Origin: Convolutriloba macropyga
Taxonomy: Eukaryota
Length of the DNA: 64,000 nt
NCBI RefSeq assembly: GCF_964194025.1
Contig: NC_134473.1
Location: 71,238,001-71,302,000, forward strand
Direction: 5' to 3'
Shown piece after piece: positions 24,305 through 37,632 of the stretch (position 1 is its first letter; each line of letters opens with the position of its first letter). The position numbers and the translations under genes were made by a program. The notes below the pieces were generated by a model. The model saw nothing but the letters and a program-made list of their open reading frames with translations. It was not told the DNA's origin and ran no database searches.

Positions 24305-26988
24305 TCACGGAACGAACACCAACAAAAAAAGCTTTGAAACTAAATAAAAAAATAATATGCAAATTATTTTGCGTAGCGAAATTACCCTAACAAAAGTGCA
24401 ATACAATACTAGATTTTGCAGAGCAAAAACACACTCCAATATAGATTGTTAATTTACACAAAAAAGAAAAATATATCCGAGAGTTTTTCCGCAACTGCAG
24501 TTTGGTATCAGTTTAATTAAATAATAAAATCAACCCAGTTTTTCACCAGTAGCAGATCAAATGATTTCATGGATTGGTTTTGAATCACAAACATTTTGAT
24601 TGCTGCAGGCGTAGTAAAACTGAGATCAAACATAACATGGAAAGTACCGTTGTTACTGGTTATTTTCAATCGGCATCAAGGTGGCAGCTTGTAAAGAGCG
24701 AGTGTAATTATGTAATTTTAGGTTTGCAGTTTTGCGGTATCTGTCTGGCGGTTTCAAAAAAAGAGAAAATAAACGATCAAAAATAGTATAGGAGGTTCCT
24801 CATGTGTCTACGGCCATTTAAATTCTGTTCTTTTAGGTGACATAAAAATTATATTCAAAAGACTTATCAATACGAACAGTATGTCGTTTTCTCATTTTTT
24901 CTTAAATGTTTCATCATGATCTTTTAGGATTAATTTTTATGGTAAATGCCGACATATTTCGATGAGATCCTTGTGAAACAGTGCATCTTAAAACTTGGCA
25001 CGTAACTTAACGTTTTATTGCTTACAAGCTGATAACTCTGACCAACATAAATGGGACAGCAACTGCATGCTCAATTGGTTTCTTTTAGTCAAGGTTAGCC
25101 GATTTATATTCTTGATATAGAGGAAAAATGAGTGATATTATCTGAAAAAGCAGATTTTGTTCGGAGGATCTTGTAAATTTCATTGTTGTCAAATAGAATT
25201 TAAGTTATAATGTTTTCGGAGTTTTTTTAACTCGTATCACATTTTCGTTCTATTTTAGAGGAAAATTTCTCAAACGCAGCCAATTTTCTTAAAATTTGAT
25301 AAAAAATTATTCATAAAAAAATTTTTATTCATAAATCAGAAGATATTAAAGAGATCAAGAGCTGTTTAAAGGATTAGTTTGACTGTTTTTTCAAAGTTTT
25401 TACTAATTCTTCAATAACATAGCATTTTTTCATCAAATGGTTTTGATTATTTTATCCTTATTTGTCAAATTTACTCTCTCAGGAACTGCTGGCACAAATT
25501 AACTGAAAAAACATATCTAGCAAGGAAACAATATTAAACAAGAGCGCTTCTATGACGATATAGAACACAATTCTATATTTTTAACACGCGTGCTATTTGA
25601 GCTTTCCCTAATCAGCAAAATAAGCTGGAAACACAATTTCGTCGGATGTGTACACAGTTTTTTTTAATTCTAAGTTTCTTTTTTCAATTTTAAATTTCCG
25701 ATCGTTTTCCTCTGGTTTCAGAGCTTATTTTTAATTGCATCTGCTTCGGGATCTGCATCGGCTTTCTTACTTCATTTGATGTTGAATCCGTCTCTGAGAT
25801 CAGTTATTGGTTGGTCTCAAATGTCTAATGGACAAATTAACGGTCGTCACCCCATTGGTTTCGCCACAAGAATGTTTTTTTATTTTTTAATATGATTTTC
25901 AGCAAAAGTGCTAATTTCTTTCGTTTGGTCCACAAATTATAACTCTAATTACAGTTGTAAAACTGTAAAACGAATTATAGTAAAAATTGTTTTATTGTCT
26001 TTGTTTTTAGGAGGGTTATTTGACGTATAATGTTTTTTAAGTTTCGTTCATTTGAAATTTAATTGTAATTTAAAATTATTAATTTAATTATTACAGAAAA
26101 TTATTTCAACTGAACCAATTGAAAACAAATTTTAATGATAGTCCACAATTTTTTGTTTTAGAATCTGTACTAAAACAACGTCTCAATAGATTCAAATCAA
26201 ACGAAAAAAATAAACAACCGCAAAAGAGGTATGGTAATTGAAATCTCTGTCATTTCGTTTGAATTAATAGCTCTGAAATGATGACGAAGCTTATATTGAT
26301 CTTTGTTGGTTTTTTAATAAATCATTATCACTGTTCTTCTAGCGATCATTTGATTGTGCGCTAGGAAGTCAAAAATTGAAGTTGCAACATTTTCTTTGAT
26401 TTTTAGCACAGTTCAGTTGGCTTTGTGTGTGCTGTTCTTCGCTACTTTTTAAATTCATTTTTATATAAATCACGTGATAAATTATATAACTTAAATGAAT
26501 TACCTCACTCAATAGGGTGACTTTTTCAATCACCTATTAGATCTAAACTGAAACCCAAAAACAATAAATAAAACTCTGTCTGAAAATTTTGTTGGAATTA
26601 AGATTAATTTGAACACAAGTTAAGATAGTTTGCATCGCTTTTTCATTAGCCTTTTATCTTTGTGATTTTCAATTTAGGTGGTTGGAAAAGTCTTTTTTGC
26701 AACTGATTGTTTTCTAGAATGGTTGTATAACCGGATTTCAAAAATTGTTAAGAAAACTTGTTCAGAAAATCCAAGAGATCTTAAGATTGAAACAGTTCAA
26801 TTAGCAAACGCTTTCATTTCCACATACTTTTCAATAAAATTCTGAGCGTTGACAACTGGGTCAAGCAAGAAATAATGATTTCGAAAATATTCATTCGCTT
26901 TTAAGTTTTCGACTCGGTATTGCTGAGAAAATTTCTTGATGCCGCTTTCTGAACTGAAAAATCTTCCCCGGATATCTGAAGGAGCAAT

Positions 26989-27782
26989 CCCAGGTTTAGG
27001 TGCGCAACCCTAGACCGCTCTGATCAGACCATTTCCCAGACTTTGTCCTCTTATCAGATCATCGTGCGACCCAAAACACTCTGATCAGACCGTGGTGCAA
27101 CTCGAGAAATTGTGCGACCATAGTGCGACCAAAAAGACCTCTGATCAGACTATTGTGCGACCCAAATATTTCGTGTGACTCTTGTGCGACCCAAAATTTT
27201 GTGCGACTTTAGTGCGACCAACGCTCCCTCTGATCAGACCATTTCTGAATACATGCTATAATCCGTTATTATTTGTTTAAATTATTCAATTCAAACCTAT
27301 GTACTACTCAACTTAAAGTATAATAATTTAGTGTATCTTGTTAAGGCTAGGACAAAACTAATAGATAAAAATATAAACAGAAAGTGATTTTGAGGTGCCT
27401 GCAACTTTTCTTTTGAGCCATCAAAAACAGTGGTAAAAAACTGCAGTCAAATAAAAATTATCAGGTACTGCTCTGTGGTCAGATTTTGGGGAACTTATGT
27501 CCAGACTTTTGTCTCTGATCAGACCGTAGTGTGCCCAGACTTTTGTGCGACCTATGATCAGACAATAGTGCGACTTTGCCCTCTGATCAGTCCATAGTGC
27601 TACCATTGTCCAGACCATTTCCCAGACTTTGCCCTCTGATCAGACCGTAGTGCGACCATTGTCCAGACCATCGTGCGACTCAAGCGTTTCCCAGACCATG
27701 TATTTTGGGTCGCACCACGCCACCAGTGTGCGACCCAAATGGTCTGATCACAGAAGTCTTGGGTCGCGCACCTAAACCTGGG
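26989..27782. mobile_element. MITE (CMC/EnSpm-like), TCTGATCAGA family, complete, 2-bp TSD AT
   Basis: TIR CCCAGGTTTAGGTGCGC / GCGCACCTAAACCTGGG; AT on both flanks; subterminal arrays of CTCTGATCAGAC and GTGCGACC at both ends with an AT-rich core. Confidence 0.92.
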
Positions 27783-30637
27783 ATCCGTTATCTCGAGTTT
27801 CGTAATTTGTCATTTTTGTCAATTGATTGTTTTGGAGTCATCAAAGTGACTGTGTAGAACACTTTTTGAGACGAAGCAGTAGTTTGCCGAAATTTCAACC
27901 ACTAAAATACATTAGGATTTCATTTTATCAAACTCGTTGATTTTAGTTAGAACTCTCCTTAATTTTTCCGATGACTCATCTCATTTTTATAACTCATCCC
28001 ATTGACTAATGTTGTTGCTTGTTGGAATAGTATACATCGATGTAGAGATTTTTCAATATAAGTTCAATAGTTTGCGATTATGCAAGCGATGACGACTATT
28101 ATTGCGAGTGATGACGACTAAAGACCAATCAAACTTTTTAGTGCCATTATTGAGTGAAGTTTCAATAATATGATACCTTTTGCGATGCATTCTGCACGTT
28201 CTGCAGTTAAGCATTCTTTTTGAAACAATAAGAGAATCCAGCAATTTTTTTGCTATAATTTTAGGTTCAATACCATCAAACTTATAATTATAAATGGTAA
28301 CTGCAATTGGTAACTTTTCAGGTAGTGTGGAATTACTAGCATTGGTAAAATTTAGTAAGAATAACTGATAATAGGGTTTAAGTGTTTAACTTTTTTGCTG
28401 GTATGCTCATTTTTTCTCAGAAAAAGCTCCATCCGAAAGAAAGTAGACAAGGGAGCTATTCATGGGAAGGCACCTTCATAGTATTACAGTACTATTTCAC
28501 TAAGTCAAAGAATTGCTAACACAGATTCATTTAATTTGACTAAAAACAATCAATTTTTTATTTTTTTTCACTTCTGAAACACCTTTTCAGTTTTGCTGGA
28601 AAATATTGTGAGATGAAATTTGAACACATTATCTTGACTTCTTAATGTTCTAATCAAACGTATGTCAGCTTGAAAATGCTATCATTTTTTATTCAAATAC
28701 CAATTTCAACTTTTTGTTGGTCTCGAATGTTGGCATATGGGACGGGCCGGATAGTTATGTGCGAAGGGACATTTCCGTGCCTCCTTGTTAGATAAGATGT
28801 TGTCAAGATATTCCATGTTTAGTTTTAAGGAATATACCTCCACGACTAAAATACAAAAACAAAATTGATCAATAAAACAGTGCTTCTGATCTAAACAATG
28901 ATATCGTTATATCCTCACTCGGCAGAACAAAAAATTTCCGATAAATTAAATGATTGATTCGAATATTTTTTTCTGACAAAGAAACAGTTACAATAAAAAA
29001 TGCTTTTATTGAACAGTTTTTTCTCTCTCCGAGAGATATTTAGAAAGTGAGGTTCGAATTGAAGGTAAAATTATGTTGAAACCATCGATTGTGCAATTTA
29101 AGATTGTATATATCAATAGTTAAAAATAAATAAATATTGAATTTTGAGTAACTGTCTGTTTTCCGCTCAGAGAGGGATACATCTGATTCCTGTTTCAACA
29201 GAGGGGGGTCTGTTTTCAGTCCCTAAATTTAATTTAGAATAGCTTTTGCTGCACTGTTATCCAGCGGTTCTAGGATGAAACATTTATATAATGGACATAA
29301 ACAGATCAACCATTTTGGCCAGAAATGATGCAAAGTTTTTTCGTTACTGGCGAAATTAGGACATTTTAGCTTTTCAAAAACTTATCATATCTCTTGCTTT
29401 TTTGAGAAATAGACCGAAATAGCAAAAATAAATCAAGGGCTAAATCATCAAATAACTGGATAAGAAATCCGTTTCAAAAATATAGAAGGAAATCGAGAAA
29501 AAACGAATAAAAAATTATCAGAGTAAAGGTAAAAACCAGGTAAAAAATATCATTAAATTTTCAGGCGAAAATATTTTCTGAGCAGAATAATTTTGTTTAC
29601 AAATTGTTGCTTTTCTCTAAAATAATCATGAATGAAAATTGTATTAAACTTTAATTTAAATAAAAATTTACTCAAAAAAGTTCGTACTGTAACTGCACTG
29701 CTCTCAAACAACTTTTCCCAAAGAAATTTTTAGCTTTGCTTGCCCGAGTTTCAAACCTTACAGTTTCTGCTAGTTTTCCCTTAAATTAAAGTACTAGATA
29801 ATTGTTTTATTCTTTATTTAAGTGTGAACTATTCTTTGCTTCCGCATCTCTTTAATAGTATATATTTTTCCAGAAACATTTATCTTTAATCTATGGCTTG
29901 TGTTTTCTGTTTTATATTCTCGAATTTGACTGTATCAGCTGGAGTTAACTTCAGTTTTTATTGCACATTTGTTGAAAACACATCGCAGTTTAGAAACAAA
30001 ACGATATAGTTTTTCAAATTTGAATTGACATGAATTGACAAACAAACATTAATTTTTGATATCAAAATTTTGTATTCTGTAACAAAAATATATGGAAATG
30101 GAATTAAGTGGCATAGTTGTAAAAAAAAACAAGATTTTATGAATTGAAACAGAAACTAATACCTCTTAGAAAAGGGAAAATGCTTTCCTACTTTTCCATT
30201 CGTCGAAATGTCTATCTATGGGTGCCTATAATTTCAAGAACAATAAGGGTACTGCTAAAAACTTTTTGCTAAATAGCTATCGCAATTTTACAAGACAAAG
30301 AAGATTACTTATCATGTTTATGTCAATTAATGAGAACATAGCCAAGCCCATATTCTCAAAAAAATTTTTTACACCTCGTTACCAAGTCTTTCGCCTCTTT
30401 TTGCGAAACAAAGACAGATTGACGCCAGTTGCTGAGTATATCTTGCTCTACGCTAGATAACAATATCTTCTCCTTTTTGTGATATTGGTTTATTTTATTT
30501 GTTCTTCCATTATGTCAGAGTTATTTAAGTGTTTGGCTTTTTTTGCAGGCCCTACTTTTTTATTGAGCTACTTGTCAATCTATATTGTTTGCGGAAAGAT
30601 ACGAATGTGGCACCGTAAAATAGTTGTTAGAAACATA

Positions 30638-31844
30638 CACTATGGTACCAATGAGCTACGTACAATATGATTTCTGCTTTTATAGCATGATTCGTTCTTC
30701 ATAAGCATGAAATGCGCTAAGGCGTGAAAAAAACACAATTTCATTCTCATTGTCTCCGCTTAAGCAGAAAAGATTGTTAAACCCCTTTGGGACAACTGCA
30801 GTACGAGATGTCGGATTTTCGTGGACGAAATTAAAAAACAACTCAACTTGATATCAAGATCCAGTTCACAGCGTTCATACAAACGTTATCTGAAAAATAA
30901 CAGTTTCGAGGCAAAAAAAATTAGTCGGAAGAAACCCAAAGTTGTCAAAAAATTCCAAACAAAAATTAGCTAACGATGTTTTAAAACATCTCAAAAACTT
31001 CTCTTGAGCGTTTTAATTTCATAACGCTTTCTCTTGCTACGATAAAAAAATTTCGGTGCTAAAGTTATACAGTTCGACGAATTCTCAAAAAATATGGAGT
31101 TTCGTCACGAAATAACGCAAAAAATTCAGTTTGAGAATAAATTTTTTGTGTTCAAAATGGTGTGTTAGTATGCTCAAACGGTCTTTCTCTTAAGAGCAAA
31201 ATTTTGTTTTTACTGAAGAAACAAGGATGCGCATCTCCAGAGATAGAATTTTTCGAGTTTTTCGAAGAAGTGGAACAAGATTTCTTGAAAAAAACACAAA
31301 AAGTTTGAGTTCGGACACACGATCTTTTATATTTTGGGGTGCAATACAATCAGACGCACAGAAAATGCTCGTTGAGTTTCCAGGGAAGCTAAACGTAGCC
31401 AATTATTTGGAAGTTTTGAATCATGACGAAGAAATGCAATTTCAGGGCATTTTTTATCAACAACCTAATTCTCTTGTGAACAAATCAAAGATTATCGGCA
31501 ATTTTGTCCAGGAGAAGGATATTAAGGAGCTGGATGGGGCGGCATACAGTCCAGATCTAAATCCAATTGAAAAAATATGGGAGATTTTGATGCAGCGGTT
31601 ACAAAAACAGACAGTTATTTTGGGAAAAATTAAGAAGTTAAAATGTCATAAAATTGGAATTAAGTTGACCCAGATGCCGTTAGAACTCTGTGTAAAAATA
31701 AACACAAATCGTCTGTGAGACGCTTAAAAAGCTAGAGGTGTAATGAGGCGGTAAAAAACAATTATGAACTCAAAATGTTCTATTATTTGATGTTATTAAT
31801 GCTTTTTAAAAACCTTAAGTACGTAGGTTTTTGGTATCATATTG
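30638..31844 (+). mobile_element. Full-length inactive Tc1-like (DD34E) DNA transposon
   Basis: TA|CACTATGGTACCAATGAGCTACGTAC ... GTACGTAGGTTTTTGGTATCATATTG|TA gives imperfect 26-bp TIRs with a TA TSD; a transposase remnant lies inside. Confidence 0.9.
31227..31718 (+). pseudogene. Tc1 transposase catalytic-domain fragment
   Basis: FWGAI, YLEVL, QQPNS (canonical QQDNA; second Asp lost), YSPDLNPIEKIW; N-terminal half disrupted. Confidence 0.9.
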
Positions 31845-33724
31845 TATATTGATTGTTGAATTGACATTTCCAGATTTTCAACAAAACTAGAAGATGCACA
31901 GGTTTAAATTCTTTCACTTTTAGAAAGGGTTGACGCTTAAAATATGTTGACAGTCTTTAAAAAAACTAAAAAATGGCCAGATCCCTAACATCATTTATGA
32001 GATCAATATCAATTATCAAAAGATCAAATTGTATTGAGCGCTGTGTTTTTGAAAGTACCAGATATTGTTTATTTATATGAAATGCTTTACAATCAATTTT
32101 TGGTTTAGTTTGGTGCTTTGCCATTTAGTCATATAAAAAAAGCTTCACTTAAAGCGCTCTCTTAGGAAAAGAAATAATTTTTTACTGTTGATCTCAATTC
32201 ACCTTTGACGGTGATATCGACTTTGGCACTACATAGTTTCAATTTTTTTTATTTCACCGGCTTTTGTATTTGCTATTGTTGTCGAAGTTCTGTAACATAG
32301 TTTCATTGATGAGAGCGTCAAAATTTTTAACACATATGTTTTCAACTCATATAAATAAATCAATAAACTTCATCAGTCTTTTTTTTGAAACTTTGGCCTT
32401 TAGTATCAAAAATGAGACAAATAATGAGCGTTGAAAAAAAACAAAAGTTCATATGTTTTACAAAAATATTTTAAAATTTACGGTTTTGTCCCAGGCTGAC
32501 TATATTCTAGACACATGTATTATTGAGATAAAATTTTTTCGCCTGTGGCAATGTTTCTTCTGTTTTCAGCTATTCTCTTGATGCTTTGCTCAAATACTTT
32601 TGAATGCAATTTGGCAGCAATTGGAACTCCTTGCAGTAATCTTCTATTTGAGCTTTCGCAGGGTTTTATTTTACGTTAAACACTGATTTTCATAGAACAC
32701 TATATAAAATTATTTTTCATAGTCAGTTTTTTTTTCGAGACCATATAAAAATTTTGATTTTTAAAAGCATTTTGAAAAAGTAGAACATCACAAGTTCTAC
32801 CAAAAATTTTTAACTTTTTAAATTGTCCTAAACTTTTGTTTTTTTTTTGTTCTCATGTATTTTGTTGAATTTTATGAAGCTCAAATCAAAGAATGGCTTA
32901 GGTCTCAACAATTTTTTGCCGTTTTTGTTTCTGTAGTTGCTGCGTTCCTCTGCTTGATTGCACAACTACTGTTTTGAAATTGTCTGAATTGCAAGTTGGA
33001 GTAACTTCAGCAAAGAATAAAAGAGGGTTTTCATCAAAAACATCTTTTCTCATGAAACATATGTTACTAAGTGACCCTGTTATCCTGACCTTTAAAAATT
33101 TTCACTGGGATACTTTAATATGAAGATAACCACTGGTAGTCCATATTTTTTTCAAAACTTTACCTAAAAATACTCACTAATATTGTCTTTTGTATATGCC
33201 AATTTTTGTAATCAACGACATTGTTAACAAACTCATAAAATGACATTTCGATGAAAAAATTTTTGTTTCATCAAAATGATTTTCAATACTAATCATGTTT
33301 TTTTAATAGAACATTAGCAGCAATGGCTAAAATGTAAGAAAAAAACAAATAGAACCAATTGTGGTCGGCCGAATGGCTTTCAAATGACAGAGAGATAGAC
33401 AATTGTGGTTTTGTTTTTTGTTGGAGGGTATAAAATGACATTAAAATTAGGGTATGAGAGCTTATTGCAGACCTAACCTGGCGTGGTTCTGACTTACTTT
33501 TTAGTAGAAAACAGCCTAGATTCTAAACAATTCTTCTATTTTTCTGTTGATTGCACTCTATTCGCAGGAACAAAGTTACATATAACAAAAATAAATTCGT
33601 TGGATCTTTTCCATTAGTCCTCAACCCGCTCCCAGCTTAGCTGATGAATTTTATTTACACTCTCAGGGGCACGTGTCATTTCTACATAATAGTTAACTAT
33701 GTAATGACACGTGCTCTGTAACTT

Positions 33725-34447
33725 CCCAGGTTTAGGTGCGCGACACTAGACCGCTCTGATCAGACCATTTCCCAGACTTTGCCCTCTTATCGGACCATCG
33801 TGCAACCCAAATCCCTCTGATCAGACTATCGTGCGACCCAAATATTTCGCGCGACTCTGGTGCGGTCCAAAATTTTGTATCACTTTAGTGCGACCAACGC
33901 TCCCTCTGAGCAGACCATACCCCAAATTTTTTCCTATGATCAGATAATTCCTGAATACATGTTATAATCCGTTGCTAATTGTTTAATTTATTCAATTCAA
34001 ACCTATATACTACTAAACTTAAAATTGAATAATTTAGTATATCTTGTAGAGGTTAGCGCAAAGCTAATTGATAAAAATATAAACAACTAGTCATTTTGAT
34101 TTTGAAGTGCCAGCAACTTTTCCTTTCAGTAATCAAAAGCAGTGATAAAAACTGCAGTCAAATAAATATGGTCAGTTAATGCTCTGTGGTCAGAATTTGG
34201 GACAGCGTATGTCTAGACTTTGGTTTCTGATCAGATCGTAGTGCGACCATTTCCCAGAGTTTCGTGCGACCTATGATCAGACCATAGTGTTATTTTGCCC
34301 TCTGATCAGACCGTAGTGCGATCATCGTCCAGCCCATCGTACGACTCTAGAGTTTCCCAGACCATGTATTTTGAGTCGCACCACGCCACCGATGTGCGAC
34401 CCAAATGGTCTAATCAGAGCGGTTTGGGTCGCGCTTCTAAACCTGGG
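33725..34447. mobile_element. Second copy of the 26989-27782 MITE
   Basis: Same TIR (CCCAGGTTTAGGTGCGCG / CGCGCTTCTAAACCTGGG) and colinear body; the right end runs into a poly-G tract, so the TSD is not resolved. Confidence 0.9.
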
Positions 34448-35348
34448 GGGGGGGGGGTGGATAGCCCACGCGGGTAGCTTATTACGGGTTAGCCTATAAC
34501 ATTATGCGGAAACGAAAATTATCAACGCTTTTTGGCATTCTAAGTTTCAATTTTACATTTTAAGAAGATTGGGTTCAAGATTTAGCTGAAGAACTGTACA
34601 AAATATTTTAAGATTTCTCGTCTGTCTTGCAACTCAAAAGTTCATATTTTGTGACCGTTAAAGCTTTTCATTTATAACTGACGTGAACTGATTTGTCATT
34701 TCAGTTCATTTCAAATTATCACTAACTTTCTCTTTAACGCCGGTTATTGACTTGATCTAGTGCAACGCACTAACCCGGATATATAATACGGAACCTTTAA
34801 CCAATTTTAATGGAAAATTGTTCAATTTGGTCACTTTTAGAGGGAGAAAAAAGAGCAATGACATTAAGGAAAAGTTAAGAAAGAATTGATATTTGAAGGG
34901 GAGCATTTAGCAACTGGGTAAGTTGAGCTTACAGTGATTACTTACAGTGAGGTCACCGATCAAATGTCAACAAAAATAAACAATGATCTGACGGCAAGGC
35001 TGTTGTTATTTGAAGTAGATGCAAACACAGAACATATAGTCATAAACTTTGTTTCTGACATTTCACTTTTACGTTTAAATCATGTCACATATTATTCCAT
35101 TATCACACCTCGAGCATTGGGTTTTAGCTTTAAATTAAAACTTTCTACGTTTCAATAATTTTTTGTAAAAAAAGTTGACAAAATTAGAAAATTCTTTAAA
35201 ATTCTTCCCTAAAACCTTTTATTATTTTGATCGTTATCAAACATTATCTTCATATCCTTAAAAAAAATTTAAAGTCTAAAATTTGACAACAATCAAATAT
35301 TTCAAGACCATTTTTTGGAGAAATTTGAAATTTGTTCACACCGAAAAA

Positions 35349-35682
35349 ATGACAGACCGTGATTGCACGGAACCGCTTTTAACGAAGGCAGGGTCCATGG
35401 TAAACTGGACGACTCCCCTGCACGTGAACGAAAGAGCCGCACATGTTGAACTAAGATCAGGGGGTGCGTCTAGATTGCCCGATCGCCCCGCTAGTGGAGA
35501 CATTGGTCTGTTGAAGAAAGCTGGCAGAAAAGACACAATTGGACATAGTTTGAGGAGTCATTCGTCGTTGAGCATCTATCAGAGGGAACAGAGGGCTGCG
35601 TCTGTTGGACCTCAGAGCAGTCTGTCTGAAATCATCCATGATGATGATGAGATCATTTCGTCACACTCTATTCACGTGGAGG
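35349..35682 (+). CDS. OCA2/P-protein-like membrane protein, first coding exon (cytoplasmic N-tail)
   Basis: ATG 35349; Ser-rich hydrophilic tail with an acidic dileucine-like motif DCTEPLL; donor GAGG|gtaact in phase 1. Confidence 0.8.
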
Positions 35683-36168
35683 GTAACTATAACCCTACTT
35701 CGAATCCCCAATACACTTTTCTCAATAAAATCATCAATAAACGTTTCTTTCGTTTTGGTTCAATTGACATGTTTTTAATTACACAATAGAAAAACATAGG
35801 AGTGGTTAGTAACTGATGTTTTTATGTTTTTTGAAAAATAGATAGACATTGAGTTTTGGTCGCATATAATGCTTGTTGTTTTTATATTATTTTGTTGTTT
35901 CTGTTGTCTCTTAGGCTCATTAAAAGCAGGTATCATTGACCCTAATGAGACACGATTTAATTCGTTTAGTCGTTTGAGTTTAAAGCGATTTGTTAATTGG
36001 ATGCGCCATTTATTTTCGAACAATATTTTAATTTTTTAAAAGTGAAAGATATGGTTGAGCGCAACATTATATGCACATTAACGAGCCGCCTTGTTCAGAA
36101 CTAAAAATACCACTTGTTGAATCTCAAACAGCTTCTTTTCATAGCTTAGCAACTTTTTTTAATTTCAG

Positions 36169-36561
36169 AGAGCAGTCTCTACAACTCTTTTGATGTTCAG
36201 ATGGACGATCTATCGTCTAATTATGGCAACTATGGTTTCGGACCTTCAATAAAGAAGTCAATTTCTGGCAAATACGAAAGATTCCACAGTTCCTGGTACA
36301 ACAGACTTGACAAAGTCGGTTTGGGCATGTTGTACGAGAGTCGTTTTCTAATCAGGGTTGCATTATTTACCTTCTTGGCAACTGTGGCGTCATTCATCTA
36401 CATGATCGAAGATTACAAGCAGTGTAATACCAGATTTGTGGGAATAACCCATTCCAACCGAAATTGGGCTCTTAAAGGATTTCCAGCACATGCTGGGCAG
36501 AATTTCTTTGAGGTCGAGCTGATAATGCGTGGGATGTTTAATCCTAACATACAGGAATCAG
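36169..36561 (+). CDS. OCA2/P-protein-like membrane protein, exon 2 (TM1 + start of luminal domain)
   Basis: tttcag| acceptor in matching phase. LIRVALFTFLATVASFIYMI is a TM segment followed by FEVELIMRGMF, resembling the OCA2/hoepel TM1 and LQVDLAGAL region (recalled, not searched). Donor TCAG|gtagga. The exon is well supported; the family call is ~0.5. Confidence 0.7.
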
Positions 36562-36849
36562 GTAGGAGTGGTCCATCTCAATGAATCGTAATAATCGTAG
36601 AACTGTTATTATCTTTCAGTAGGTTTCGATTATTATTTTGGTCATATATTTATTTTGGTCGTGCATAATGTTTTAGTACATATTTATTTTGGTCGTACAT
36701 ATTTATTTTGGTCGTACATTTACATTGAGATTTGGTCGTAAATAATGCTTGTTGTTTTTGTATTATTCTGTTGTTTGTCTTGTCTCTTAGTATCCTTAAA
36801 GGCAGGCATCATTGACCCTAAAGAGTTTTGATCTTGTCTGTTAACAAGT

Positions 36850-37632
36850 GTCGACGGTAAAAAAACTTAAAGTAAAATCTGAAGACTAAGTACAACAAGA
36901 CAATGGCCATTGAGTAAAATTCTCTAGTAATATTCGCTAAATTAATCTCAAATAAGCTCTCCGAGTATAGCAATTGCCGCTACTACTTAAGCGCAACTAG
37001 TACGGCTGGAATTATCTCTCAGCTAATGACCGGTTGTTGAACCACACTCAAACGACAGCAATAACTCCGAGCTTCTCGCTCGATCAATCAAGCAAACGCT
37101 GCCAAATAGCTCTGACGAATTAACACGTATCAGATCTTCCCGCTCTAAATGCATTAAGTTCAGACTCGGAGCTCCGGTCTTACACGAACAACTTAGAATC
37201 AATTATATCAGTTCGGATCTCGCTCAAAACTCCATATTCGAAAAAAGCAACTGTTCAGAGCTTCTCGCTCAACCGCTTCGCTAATCTGTCACAAATGACT
37301 TCAACTCAATAACAAAGACCATTCAAAGCCTCGCGCCCAACTGCTCCGGCGAAATAGCGCAGCAACGCTAATAACGATCACAAGAGAGTCTCTTCTCGCT
37401 CTTGTGTACCGCCAAACTATGCCAAACGGTCAGTTATTGACTCAGTTACGGCTGGGAACTTTTACACCGCGCTTATAGTGTATGGTACTTTTACACAGAA
37501 CCAAAGAAATAAATTGCTTGGTCAAAATAAACAACCGTCTCATTAGCGAATTATTCAGGCTTCTGAATGCTGATAATACTAATGACATAATACTGCGGCA
37601 TGTTAAATGTCATTACTTATTTAGTAAATGTC
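36850..37632. mobile_element. Possible solo LTR / TE fragment
   Basis: GC-richer island bounded by TG...CA with internal repeats of (GAG)CTTCTCGCTC (37069, 37258, 37391); no TSD confirmed. Confidence 0.35.

Noticed and set aside
26989-27782. TCTGATCAGA palindromes with variable intervening sequence as a repeat-spacer array
   Set aside because: The intervening sequences are themselves repetitive and conserved between copies (33725-34447); they are MITE subterminal repeats.
35283-35348. TTG start and read-through to 35789 given by the ORF track
   Set aside because: Eukaryotic gene; ATG 35349 and donor 35683 fit composition and phase better.
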